From IMG/VR virus record IMGVR_UViG_3300012685_000003, positions 1-52,708 of that record: a stretch of 52,708 bases of DNA. One strand, given 5' to 3'. Below the pieces are notes generated by a model. That model made no database searches and was not told where the DNA came from. It saw only the letters and a program-made list of their open reading frames with translations. This document shows positions 24,201 through 33,049 of the stretch, piece after piece. How positions within the stretch are numbered: the stretch's first letter is position 1; the number at the start of each line of letters is the position of its first letter. Origin of the DNA: a virus (lineage: Duplodnaviria > Caudoviricetes). The position numbers were made by a program, and so were the translations under genes.

Positions 24201-26906
24201 CATGAACTCAGCTAATATTTCTTCTTTAGTAAAATATCTCTTAGCAAGATATATGGAGTTACCTAATGGACCTCTAGTCAAGTTAGACATATCTGGAAAC
24301 TGTAAATTACCAGAAATTGAAGATTCCCAAATGTGTGGCATTGACATAATTGACTGATGAAACGCTTTGAAATCTGTATAAATATCGTTAAGAGTAGCTC
24401 GCTTCAACTCAGTCTGATAAAGCTGAAACATCTCCTTTAAGGGAGTAACTGGATACCTGTGAGATAACTCCTCAGTAATAGCTTCCTTTAATATGGCATC
24501 ATGACCGCCATAAATATCTCTGCCTTCTTTGATAGCGTTGTCAATGAATTGGACATATTTAGCTGTTTCAGGATTAACTAAATCAAGGTTATTATCTCTT
24601 GCAGCTTGCAATATTCTCTCAGCCATTGGTCTATTAAACTCAATAACTCTATCACCAAAAGCATGAGCTACTTCATGCGATAATATACTTTCATATGGAC
24701 GTGTTCCACTTGATATACTTTTAAGAGCCTCAGCAGACCTCATTATAATTTGGTTCAAATCAGGTAAATACGCTCCCAAAACTGGTAACCCACCCTTATA
24801 TGGATCACCACCTATTCCTTTATAATATTCATCAAATAAATCATTGGTACGGAAAGTTGTTACTTTGGCTGGTTGATGAACTTCACCAGCAAACTCTCTC
24901 CAGTGACTAGGAGGTTGGTCTAAATGATTCTTTAATTCACGTAAATTATTTAAAGCAAACTCAAATTGCCATCTACCAAAGTTAGAAGCAGCATCACGAG
25001 CTAATTGTTGTGCTGCATTAAATACTGGTAAGTTTTCATGGGCTTCTGCATAGTCAGTGCTTAATCCACGTAATATAGTTTCAGTTGATGCTTCTGGAGC
25101 GAAGTTAGGATTCCTACCGATGTTAGCTGGCTCATTATAAAACTTGCGGTTACTATCTATTTGATCTGTTACTTCCCTCATAAATCCATATTTATGTTCT
25201 AATGTTCTGATAGCAATTTCAACTTTATCTAGAGTTTCAGAGTAACTCCATTCAAATATTCCTTTCTTACCAAACCCTTGTGACATTCTATTAATAATAT
25301 CACCAATCTTCTCAGCAGCAAATCCATATAGCTGAGAGATTTGAGCTTTCTGAATAGCTAACATAGCTTCTTCAGGAGCACCACGTTGAGCTTCTACTAA
25401 CACATCAAACGGGTCCCTAGGTTTATGGCCCACTGTAACTTCAGTTTTAACTATACCACTACGTGTGTAGGGAGGTCTACGTAGGTCACCATTACCAACT
25501 TCTAAACTTTCTCCTGAGTTCAAATCCTTAACATTTACAAATAGGCCACCAGACTTAGGAGTAATACCTTCATAACTAACTGGCCTCCCCTTATACATAG
25601 CTTCTTGTCCAAAGAACCAACCTTCCCTTTCAAACTGTTTACGGTAATCTGGCTCAATAGCTAATGGACTATCTTTACCATACATAGCCACATCATATCC
25701 ATTGCCATCTAACCTTCTGTGCGTAATTATATTATCACTACTAATTCCACTTCTCTTTAATTGATCCATTACTAGCGGTACTCTCTGGACTCCTGGAATT
25801 ATCGTTATATCTTCTGGACGTAAATTGCGATGAACGTTAGCTAGTGTTGATACAATGGCACCACGTTCCTCGCCTATTAATCTATTCTTGATTCCAGCTA
25901 ATTCAGGATTTTCAACTCCGCTCATTCTATTAATAGAGTATTGCCAAGTATCCAACGCACTAACTTGGTTAGCAGTCTCTCTTACAGCGGAATTAATTTC
26001 AGCATTAGATTGACCAATAACATTTCTACGTAGAGTACGAGTAATGTTATTAGCAATAGCAGCTTCTGTTGGATGTAATGATTTTTCAGCGATCCCATAG
26101 TATTCAGCAATTCTAGTAGTAGCTTCTCTAGCCCCACCCCAAACCATTAGCGCCTGAAATCCAGCACTACTTATAGCCTTGCCAAACTCCTGAATTTTGG
26201 TTGACGCATTACCTGAACCAGTTAATGTGGCGGGCGCATCAAGTATTCTAGATGCTGCACCATATATCATACTACCAACAGCATAAGGTGGAATAGCTAC
26301 CATTGCTATATCAGTATTAGTTAACTCTCTACCTTGAGCACGAGCAATAACAGCTTGATGAATTAATCTAGCTAAGTTCTCTTTGGAACCATAAGTGGAT
26401 TGAGGAGTAACTCCAAAAGATACTTCGCCCTCTGGACCTTGATAGATAGGAGCTTGATTTAGCTCGTCCCAGTTGGCATAATCAGAACGTAATTTTTCGA
26501 CAGATTGTAATGGTGCTGCGTTATCAGCAAATTTACCAAAGAAAGATATAGCACCATGACCAACCTCAGCTCCTCCTCTACCAAAACTAGTAAAAACATC
26601 TCTAACACTTCTAGGAAGAACACTAAAAAGTGGATGTGCGTCAAGCATCTTTTGATCTAACCGCTCAGCCTCAGCATCTTGTGGACTAACTCCATGACGT
26701 TGAATAGCTAATATACGTTCAACATCAGCTTGACTTGCTCCCCTTGATAATAGATCCTTAACATCATTATCAGTTAAAACGGGAATATCACGCTGACCCA
26801 CCACCGAGACAGGAGAAGCAAATGGATTACCAGGTAAGTTGCTATTAAGCGGTTGTGTTCCTGGCTTTTGAGCAAATGGATTATTTGGTAAATTCGGCCC
26901 CGTCAT
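21219..26906 (-). CDS. Large internal virion/ejection protein (1895 aa) with zincin-like motif
   Basis: Last gene of a podovirus-type late arm; SHEVAH...EAITE. Confidence 0.7.
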   Translation of the reverse strand: MTGPNLPNNPFAQKPGTQPLNSNLPGNPFASPVSVVGQRDIPVLTDNDVKDLLSRGASQADVERILAIQRHGVSPQDAEAERLDQKMLDAHPLFSVLPRSVRDVFTSFGRGGAEVGHGAISFFGKFADNAAPLQSVEKLRSDYANWDELNQAPIYQGPEGEVSFGVTPQSTYGSKENLARLIHQAVIARAQGRELTNTDIAMVAIPPYAVGSMIYGAASRILDAPATLTGSGNASTKIQEFGKAISSAGFQALMVWGGAREATTRIAEYYGIAEKSLHPTEAAIANNITRTLRRNVIGQSNAEINSAVRETANQVSALDTWQYSINRMSGVENPELAGIKNRLIGEERGAIVSTLANVHRNLRPEDITIIPGVQRVPLVMDQLKRSGISSDNIITHRRLDGNGYDVAMYGKDSPLAIEPDYRKQFEREGWFFGQEAMYKGRPVSYEGITPKSGGLFVNVKDLNSGESLEVGNGDLRRPPYTRSGIVKTEVTVGHKPRDPFDVLVEAQRGAPEEAMLAIQKAQISQLYGFAAEKIGDIINRMSQGFGKKGIFEWSYSETLDKVEIAIRTLEHKYGFMREVTDQIDSNRKFYNEPANIGRNPNFAPEASTETILRGLSTDYAEAHENLPVFNAAQQLARDAASNFGRWQFEFALNNLRELKNHLDQPPSHWREFAGEVHQPAKVTTFRTNDLFDEYYKGIGGDPYKGGLPVLGAYLPDLNQIIMRSAEALKSISSGTRPYESILSHEVAHAFGDRVIEFNRPMAERILQAARDNNLDLVNPETAKYVQFIDNAIKEGRDIYGGHDAILKEAITEELSHRYPVTPLKEMFQLYQTELKRATLNDIYTDFKAFHQSIMSMPHIWESSISGNLQFPDMSNLTRGPLGNSIYLAKRYFTKEEILAEFMRDVQEHKLEDLVTPEVQQQVENYANVAEKFSLLQSFDLQVAHFADLRGIQRVDIEGFKNFIGSRWAKELREVYMPADELDNFNRIKGRMEVEQGKDVSSLEVVYAMDQLPLAMEAATNGYTVRWEPNGDISLNKAGEIVPKPLRFRTTESAREFINQSGQQVTPKLSVDTNIPDQVAGAAMPPSGAKPPTTYGPNDGLQAEFDHTDKSAFDRGFFGHLINVGRAWLDHATGREASFESVDTLHGTKFASIQRRVEKAKGLSDANTSAFAHEHLDPIGKMLKGLKKEQFLNIFRYNEAMSAGEQIAEMLSKGRNEAVDIARGLADLRTDTSRATEFARKVDAIKDDLKGRPQDEINLEISKLISAMKMDQNGVIAAGIFSGLAKRDINVVPIAEIARLADALMWDSPTQTEFAKLSNMSPKEILIAKRFEAMYDKLFKIAGLPPYREISGYMAHIRSQIGRDLPSPEASILFQKGLGGSMMHTFINEFTRTGEMSAIDLNPYTAALRYIDTMFKARDFVPVYTQALKDYDIELGTLAKNQTGKWIVSSMTERVKRYLSDIRGFPSPAHSQIRAGITQLNEHLGRNILSPTIVESITNTIMGVMSSALIAFRPYLGLRHLGQFELFAGVRFGFDAMHEGLKLAEKPGAIEGLKNTGVLSGLDYMSLVTPEEAATSLLVKHGGSAWRAYEAFAKVGHAVTLLPTIYEHTYSAVYLGMEKLALDNLGKLASGKFGPDPVKAKIMAYDNLALDSFAPSFRLEFDQLVYAGKMSEAASLIAKRAAKETIFDYQRANAPRGWNSPQGRFLTMFGTWPLHATELVNNMVTRGSLRHRVNYMARFAMAQGAIWLAGRSIGLDLLGSTVAHSYFWSGSPQYQLLQTTLTALNGNGIEQKLAQDRLYKLVPFLKVTTEFGEKRFNWDFNPMTVDPRSMFAPGTYAAGDWMQAIQEAKDPWGRYTIPQVAGRAIGIPTIKHKSWIDDYLERLGLHQYNYNTTIQQ

Positions 26907-28327
26907 GGTAAGTTAAACCTAGCTTTAACACGGTTAGTAATAACACTGTCAGGAACACTAGCTGGACTCATTAACCTGAGCTGATTCCACAAACCAGTAG
27001 CAGTTGTAGTATCAGTGTTAATTTTACTTGTATCTGGTGCAGTATGTGTAACTGTTGCAGGTGGCTTAGGTGTTGGAGCAGCAGCACCAGGTCTAGCGGG
27101 TTGATTAACTTGTATGTTACTTCCACTAAACGTCTTATCAGCTTGTTGCATAGCTTGTTGCAATTGTTCTGGAGGAACTTCAACTTGTTTGTGATAACGT
27201 AATCTAAATCTTAATTTAGTCTTTGTATCAGAGCCATCTGCTGATTGCCCCCAAAAGGCTTCAATCGGTACGCCCTCTCTAGTGAGTTCAATATTAAGAC
27301 CAGCAAGATCACTAGGACGACGACTCTCATCATCAGGCATGATATGCTTACCAGCATTACCATTGATTGCATCTAATAGCTTATCACGTTGGACAATGCT
27401 CTGTGTATAGAAAGCACGTTCAGCATTAGCTCCATTGCTCTCTCTATAATTTTGCATTCTTAATAAAGTTGCATCATCTGAGTTCTTTGGTCCAGTTGAT
27501 CTAATCTCCTGTATCTTCTGTTGAGCTTTAGGATCATACAACAAATATCTCCATAACTCTGGTGATCCCATACCACCACTCTTATTAACCCAATAGTTAG
27601 ATTCATGTTCAGCGATTGCATCTAACTGATCTTGATGACGCAATCTCATAAACATGAGTCTATCATCAATCGTCATCCTAAAGTGTTCGTCTCTCAGCAA
27701 ATCATACTGTTCTGCTGCTGCTCTTTGATAGTAATTAGTAGGATGCCCCGCTGCTGCATTCTCTGCATCCTTTTGTTGTAGATCATCTAAATAACCTTGT
27801 GCCGCAGGAGCTAAAGTTGCTTTCAATCTATCAGCAGCTTCACTTCCTGCACTTAACCCACTAATAGCTCTCTGTGCACCAGCTCTTGCTAATGAAGTTG
27901 GAACAGTACCTGGAGGTTGACCAGCCATCTCTGGAACTAATGGTGCAGTTTCTAACTGAACAGCAGCAGTAGTTGGTGATTCTCCAAGTAAGAATCCTCG
28001 TCCTGCTGATACATTTTGTTCTGGAGTTAACCCACGAGAAGCTCTAATCGCTAATCTAGTTCTAATGGCCTCAGGAGATGGATCATTAACAAGTATGCTA
28101 TCTAACAAATCTCTAGGAATATATTTAGTAATCTCTGGAGGTAACCCACCATTTATATGTGCATAATCGGTTAAATGCTGAGCTAAGTCAGGATTAGTGG
28201 TAACAGCTTCACTAAATCTTTTCTTAAACTCTCGCTCAGGATCAGCAGCGTGTCTAATACCTTGAGCTAATGTTCCTAACGCTTGACCTAATCCAGGTCC
28301 CCAATCTGGCAACACAGTAACACCCAT
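26903..28327 (-). CDS. Putative ejection protein (start revised to MGVTVLPD)
   Basis: Synteny; G/A/Q-rich N-terminus GLGQALGTLAQG. Confidence 0.6.
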   Translation of the reverse strand: MGVTVLPDWGPGLGQALGTLAQGIRHAADPEREFKKRFSEAVTTNPDLAQHLTDYAHINGGLPPEITKYIPRDLLDSILVNDPSPEAIRTRLAIRASRGLTPEQNVSAGRGFLLGESPTTAAVQLETAPLVPEMAGQPPGTVPTSLARAGAQRAISGLSAGSEAADRLKATLAPAAQGYLDDLQQKDAENAAAGHPTNYYQRAAAEQYDLLRDEHFRMTIDDRLMFMRLRHQDQLDAIAEHESNYWVNKSGGMGSPELWRYLLYDPKAQQKIQEIRSTGPKNSDDATLLRMQNYRESNGANAERAFYTQSIVQRDKLLDAINGNAGKHIMPDDESRRPSDLAGLNIELTREGVPIEAFWGQSADGSDTKTKLRFRLRYHKQVEVPPEQLQQAMQQADKTFSGSNIQVNQPARPGAAAPTPKPPATVTHTAPDTSKINTDTTTATGLWNQLRLMSPASVPDSVITNRVKARFNLP

Positions 28328-28334
28328 TTTTATC

Positions 28335-28847
28335 TCACTTTCCACTAAGGGCCATACCAGCCCCACTAGCAAGAGCTTCAAATCCACTTAACCAAGGATT
28401 CGTGCTAACAACTGATTCCGCTTGTGGAATACCCTTACCACTTAAGCCGGCAATTAATTGTAACAATGGCTGTAACGCGCTGAGTTGTAACCCACCAATT
28501 GCAGTAGCAGCTTCTGGTCCTTGTTTAGCTCGTAACTGAGCTTCGGCATAAGCAGCCGGAGTACCAAATGCCATACCACCACTTGCTCCAAACCTAGCTC
28601 TTAAGTCACCAATATCAGCTTCTTGCTTACTCTGGATTAATTGATTAAGTGACCCACCAACCTTACCAGCTCCACCAGCTAGTATATCGTTTAATACTCC
28701 ACTTAATCCCGCTGTCTGTCCAGTAGGATTGCCAGAACTAGCAGTTCCAAATGAGCCAGTATTTAGCGCTTTATCTAGCCAATCAGTAAAATCCTTAGCT
28801 AGTCCAGTCGCAGGACCGCCACCTACATTACTTACTGGTGGAGCCAT
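28335..28847 (-). CDS. Putative small ejection/pilot protein
   Basis: Gly/Ala-rich with hydrophobic C-terminus; follows the GNAT gene. Confidence 0.6.
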   Translation of the reverse strand: MAPPVSNVGGGPATGLAKDFTDWLDKALNTGSFGTASSGNPTGQTAGLSGVLNDILAGGAGKVGGSLNQLIQSKQEADIGDLRARFGASGGMAFGTPAAYAEAQLRAKQGPEAATAIGGLQLSALQPLLQLIAGLSGKGIPQAESVVSTNPWLSGFEALASGAGMALSGK

Positions 28848-29428
28848 TTCTCGGCTTCCTCTCTTAAGAGGCCATACATATTTACATCAAACCATTTTTG
28901 GTCGAAGCGTCTAGCGAGTCTCCTACGGCCCTCTTTAACAAATCCAATTTCCTCAGCGAATAACATTGCTGAAGGTTTAAAGAACAATGGAGCCTCAGCA
29001 CTTAGTCTGTGAAAGTTATATGTAGTCATTACATGAGCTAACATAGCTCGTATTAAATTAACTCTACCATGCTGTCTGCCATCAAAAAACACATAATGAG
29101 CCTTAGCGTCAATAGTTGGTTCAATATCTGTTAGATATAGTATTCCTACAAAATTATCTACTACCCAAAATAGCCCTCTAGACTCAATACCATTCACACC
29201 TTCTCTAAGAAATACCTGCATAAACTTATGAAAATCACCGCGAATCTCCTCATTAAATATCGTAGCAAATCTATGTGACTTACATCTTTCCCAGAACGTA
29301 CGCAAGTTACGTGGTGTTAAATACATGGGATAAACGTGTCTTATAATTTTACGTTCTGGTTCGTCACACTCAATAGATAGAATGGGAGCCTCTTGCTCAA
29401 TAGGCTTAACTTGTACCGAGACTGTCAT
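28832..29428 (-). CDS. GNAT (RimJ/RimL-like) acetyltransferase-fold protein
   Basis: HGRVNLIRAML..V...NFHRL...EEIGFVKEGRRR...WFDVNMYGLLREE. Confidence 0.8.
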   Translation of the reverse strand: MTVSVQVKPIEQEAPILSIECDEPERKIIRHVYPMYLTPRNLRTFWERCKSHRFATIFNEEIRGDFHKFMQVFLREGVNGIESRGLFWVVDNFVGILYLTDIEPTIDAKAHYVFFDGRQHGRVNLIRAMLAHVMTTYNFHRLSAEAPLFFKPSAMLFAEEIGFVKEGRRRLARRFDQKWFDVNMYGLLREEAEKWLHQ

Positions 29429-31029
29429 TCTATCTCCTTAGCTGTACCAGAAGGACTCACATGAATACTATATTCAACTAAGTCAAATAATCCACTTGTA
29501 GATGTAATTCTCCAACGTAATCTATCAGCTTTTACAACTCTAACGTGTTCGATTGACTTATTATCAGCAGCACCAAATGATCTAACCTTTGATACTTTCC
29601 AAGTGGCACCTTTATCTTTAGAATAACTAAGTGTTAACTGGCCCGCTTTACGTGATTGATACTTTATCTTGATACGTGAGAAATATACATCAATGCCAGC
29701 TTGGTGAAAATCTTTACTTTGAATATCAGTAGTGTAACTAACTCCTACATCTGTATCGGCAGATTTATCTTCTGCATAAACTTCACCGTTAGTGTATCCA
29801 TAATATCTATTGGGCTTGCTTGTGGTAGTAATACCCCAAGTATCAAATGTACCAATTGCTTGATCGAATGTACCAACTAATTCATCAAAACTTGTAAAGG
29901 AAGCAAATGGACTATCAATGTCCCCTATACATGAGAGTAGGTCTATCTCATCATAAACCCATGCTTTAGTACGAAAACTATATATCCAAACTCTGATTAT
30001 TGTTGTTCCAGCAATTGGGATACAAATAGAATATTCACGCTCAAGAGTATCATAACCACTAAATATCTTAAGTGGATCATCTACTGCTGCAATAATATCT
30101 TTAAATACTCCACTACCTATTTCATCTGGATAAGCTCCTACTTGCCACGCATATACTTGACCAGTACGAAAATCAAAAAAGGTTAATCCACCAGGAGTTC
30201 TTTGAATACTTCTAGGGCTGTCTGATCCTATTCCAACCTGAGTGTTAGAAAAATTAAATGGAGCACTACCAGATGGTTGCTTAGTTGCTACCCATAGAGA
30301 CTTCTCTCTAGCTAGGATTAAATAAGAAGGCCCGCCAAATATTCCTGTAATAAAATCAGCGTAGTCGCTTGGACTCTCTATAATAGGTGATTGTCCAGTT
30401 GTAACATCTGGTGGAGCATCATTAGGCCATTTAGTTGTATCAGCATCAGCACACCAAACAACAGTAACAGGACCATCTGGTTCTGTTCCTTCTACTCTAT
30501 ATGCTCCTACTATTCTATTAAAAAATCCAGTGATAAATTTAACTTTAGGAGAATTAGGACCAGCTTCCTTATAAGTTACAGCAGCGGTATCTAAACGCTG
30601 GATTTTATCAACACCATTAGCATAAAATAACTTGTTCTGGACGACACAAGTCGAGAAATAATCGTTATCTGTTCCTGTTAATGCACCATTAGTTCCTGCT
30701 GTAAATGCTGTCCACGTACCAGAACGTTTATGTATAGAACTCTTAGTAAATCTTAAAAATGTGATAGCTCCACTATTCTCTTTTAGAACATATATCCCTA
30801 AAACTTTATTAGAGTTGGGTTTAGTTGGAGCTTCATTTATTACACCAAAACGCCTATTTGTTTTATCTAATCTAATACGAGTGTTCAATGCATTTGTTAA
30901 TGCACCATTAGGAATATCAACACTATCTATAGATGTAATCATCCCACCATTTAGCCTAGCTTCTGCTAAGAGCTGCTCAGGAGCTGATTTATAATTAGGT
31001 GCAGCAAGAGATAATCTCTTAGTGTTCAT
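29425..31029 (-). CDS. Tail nozzle/hub (tail tubular B, P22 gp10-like)
   Basis: 534 aa, beta-propeller-like; LSYSKDKGATW motif; synteny. Confidence 0.7.
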   Translation of the reverse strand: MNTKRLSLAAPNYKSAPEQLLAEARLNGGMITSIDSVDIPNGALTNALNTRIRLDKTNRRFGVINEAPTKPNSNKVLGIYVLKENSGAITFLRFTKSSIHKRSGTWTAFTAGTNGALTGTDNDYFSTCVVQNKLFYANGVDKIQRLDTAAVTYKEAGPNSPKVKFITGFFNRIVGAYRVEGTEPDGPVTVVWCADADTTKWPNDAPPDVTTGQSPIIESPSDYADFITGIFGGPSYLILAREKSLWVATKQPSGSAPFNFSNTQVGIGSDSPRSIQRTPGGLTFFDFRTGQVYAWQVGAYPDEIGSGVFKDIIAAVDDPLKIFSGYDTLEREYSICIPIAGTTIIRVWIYSFRTKAWVYDEIDLLSCIGDIDSPFASFTSFDELVGTFDQAIGTFDTWGITTTSKPNRYYGYTNGEVYAEDKSADTDVGVSYTTDIQSKDFHQAGIDVYFSRIKIKYQSRKAGQLTLSYSKDKGATWKVSKVRSFGAADNKSIEHVRVVKADRLRWRITSTSGLFDLVEYSIHVSPSGTAKEIE

Positions 31030-31031
31030 AA

Positions 31032-31616
31032 TTATAAAGTGTTACGGCAATCTGGTGTGTTATAAGTAACACGAACACCATGAAATGTTGCTAGACTTCT
31101 TACAAATGCTTCCAGCGCATATAACTTTGTAGCATCAATAACTTCTGTTAGTGCAACTGAGTTAAATAGTCCTGACTGACCAGTAGTTACTGTAACAGTA
31201 TCTAAAGTAGTAACTGTCAAGGTTGTGTCAAATACCTTACGCTGCAGTTTTAATGTTGACGAACCACTAGCAGCACCATTATTAATAAGATAACTAAACT
31301 GTGTAACAGTAACTCCCATCGGTAAAATTAATCCATAGTACATTGTTGTATCAGCGCCAACAGTTAAATGTAATGGTCCACTGGGAACAGGAATAAACAA
31401 ACTAGCAGGTATAATCAAAGTTTTACCTGTAACATTACCAAGAATAGCTGGTCTAGCAACAATTGGATCAGTTGGTGCGGCCGTGTCCCAACCAGTTACC
31501 AGCGTTGTCATGCGTTCTTCTGTATCTTGACGTAAATTCCTAAGCTCATCGTCAGCGGTATTAGCTGCTTGACTACCAGGTGGATTATTCTTGGTCCAAG
31601 GTCTTGTGTAAGCCAT
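31032..31616 (-). CDS. Putative tail structural protein
   Basis: N-terminal P.GS.AA..ADDELRNL..D..ER attachment-like segment; beta-rich C-terminus. Confidence 0.5.
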   Translation of the reverse strand: MAYTRPWTKNNPPGSQAANTADDELRNLRQDTEERMTTLVTGWDTAAPTDPIVARPAILGNVTGKTLIIPASLFIPVPSGPLHLTVGADTTMYYGLILPMGVTVTQFSYLINNGAASGSSTLKLQRKVFDTTLTVTTLDTVTVTTGQSGLFNSVALTEVIDATKLYALEAFVRSLATFHGVRVTYNTPDCRNTL

Positions 31617-31624
31617 TTAGTCCT

Positions 31625-31942
31625 CTATTTAGGATCAAACTCAATGTGAATATGATCTATTTCTATAATTACTTGGTACGGTCGATTAATGAGAACACTA
31701 CCATTAAGTTTTAACTTAAGAGCTTTAGCTAACTCGGTGACTAGCTCAGGGTCTATGTCACGTGTACGAATATCTATAGCTAATCCCTTAGGATGTAATG
31801 AACCATCCATGTGCGTTGAGTCATTAGCACTAGTAATAACAGCTTCATGAGTATCCATTTCCTCATGAACTTGATCTATTAATGGTAATATTCTAGCAAT
31901 TTCAGGTTGTACATTTAGTACAACATTATCTTTGAATATCAT
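31625..31942 (-). CDS. Peptidase M15-like Zn peptidase, putative endolysin
   Basis: ITSAND..H..GSLH..GLAIDIR...HIHIE. Confidence 0.8.
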   Translation of the reverse strand: MIFKDNVVLNVQPEIARILPLIDQVHEEMDTHEAVITSANDSTHMDGSLHPKGLAIDIRTRDIDPELVTELAKALKLKLNGSVLINRPYQVIIEIDHIHIEFDPK

Positions 31943-32331
31943 GTTATAGAATCCTCAACCCACACCTTGTTAGCACCAATAGTGTAACGAGTGAAGCGAT
32001 AAGTTTTAAGAGTAGCAAGTAGCTTATTTGCCGCCGTGTTAGTTGCAATTTTGGTAATATCATGTACGATTGTAGTGAAGCCATCTCCTAATATTGATAT
32101 TTCTTGACCATCGAAGCCATCATCAAAATAGGTAACATTGTTAGCTCCAACATTGCCCGCTGTAAATTTCGTTAAATTTATCACACTAGGCGTAGCATCA
32201 GCAGCCCTAAATACTCCTACAAACTCCCTATCAGCAACTAACTTAGTTGTAGGAGCTTGTTGAACAATCTCTACTCGTCTTATCTCTGGTAAATTTCCAC
32301 TACCACTTTGATTATTCATTGCAACCATCAC
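31939..32331 (-). CDS. Putative virion structural protein
   Basis: Beta-rich ORF in the late arm. Confidence 0.5.
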   Translation of the reverse strand: MMVAMNNQSGSGNLPEIRRVEIVQQAPTTKLVADREFVGVFRAADATPSVINLTKFTAGNVGANNVTYFDDGFDGQEISILGDGFTTIVHDITKIATNTAANKLLATLKTYRFTRYTIGANKVWVEDSIT

Positions 32332-33049
32332 ATCCTAATTCAGTAGCATTTTCTTTTGTCATTGTTGCGTCGCTTACTCCATCTAATGTGAATACTGCTA
32401 CAACTGGTGATTGTAAGGTTAATGTTTCTGTATCAGGTGAATCAAAACAAAATGCTTGCTCGGATTCCCAATTAAATATGTAAGTAGTTGTTATTAAACC
32501 AGCAGATTCATAGTTACAATCAATTGAGCCAATCAATACTGAGCTAGACTCCCACTGACCATCCGAGCTAGATAATAAACCAACTATAGCTTCCCAATTT
32601 CCAACAATAGTTACACTTAGTGAGGTGATAGCTTCATAATTGCCCTGGTCTAATTTAGCTATACCTTGAAGTAACTCTTGTCTTACTATTACACTTGTTG
32701 TAGTTGAAACTAATGCTTCGTAATTATCTACATCTGTTTGTTGTATGCCAGTCAGACCTTCCCAATTATCTATAGCAACAACCGACAATCCGCCTTGTGC
32801 TTCGTAAGGTTCTATATCATTCTTAGCTATACCTTGTAATAACTCATCTTGAACAATCTGAGAAGCTGTAGTATTAACTAGCCCATACTGTAAATTGAGA
32901 TATGTAGAGCCACGTGATTCTGCAATACCAACTGGCATTGCTCTAAATGACTGAACATTTACACCTTCTGTTGGCCACTGTCTACTAGGAGTTTGTGTAA
33001 CTCCTGCTCGTTGCCATCTTGGTGAAGATACCGCATAGCTATATGGCAT
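32312..33049 (-). CDS. 14-aa repeat virion protein, short paralogue
   Basis: DNWE/NYE and ELLQG repeats. Confidence 0.65.
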   Translation of the reverse strand: MPYSYAVSSPRWQRAGVTQTPSRQWPTEGVNVQSFRAMPVGIAESRGSTYLNLQYGLVNTTASQIVQDELLQGIAKNDIEPYEAQGGLSVVAIDNWEGLTGIQQTDVDNYEALVSTTTSVIVRQELLQGIAKLDQGNYEAITSLSVTIVGNWEAIVGLLSSSDGQWESSSVLIGSIDCNYESAGLITTTYIFNWESEQAFCFDSPDTETLTLQSPVVAVFTLDGVSDATMTKENATELGCDGCNE

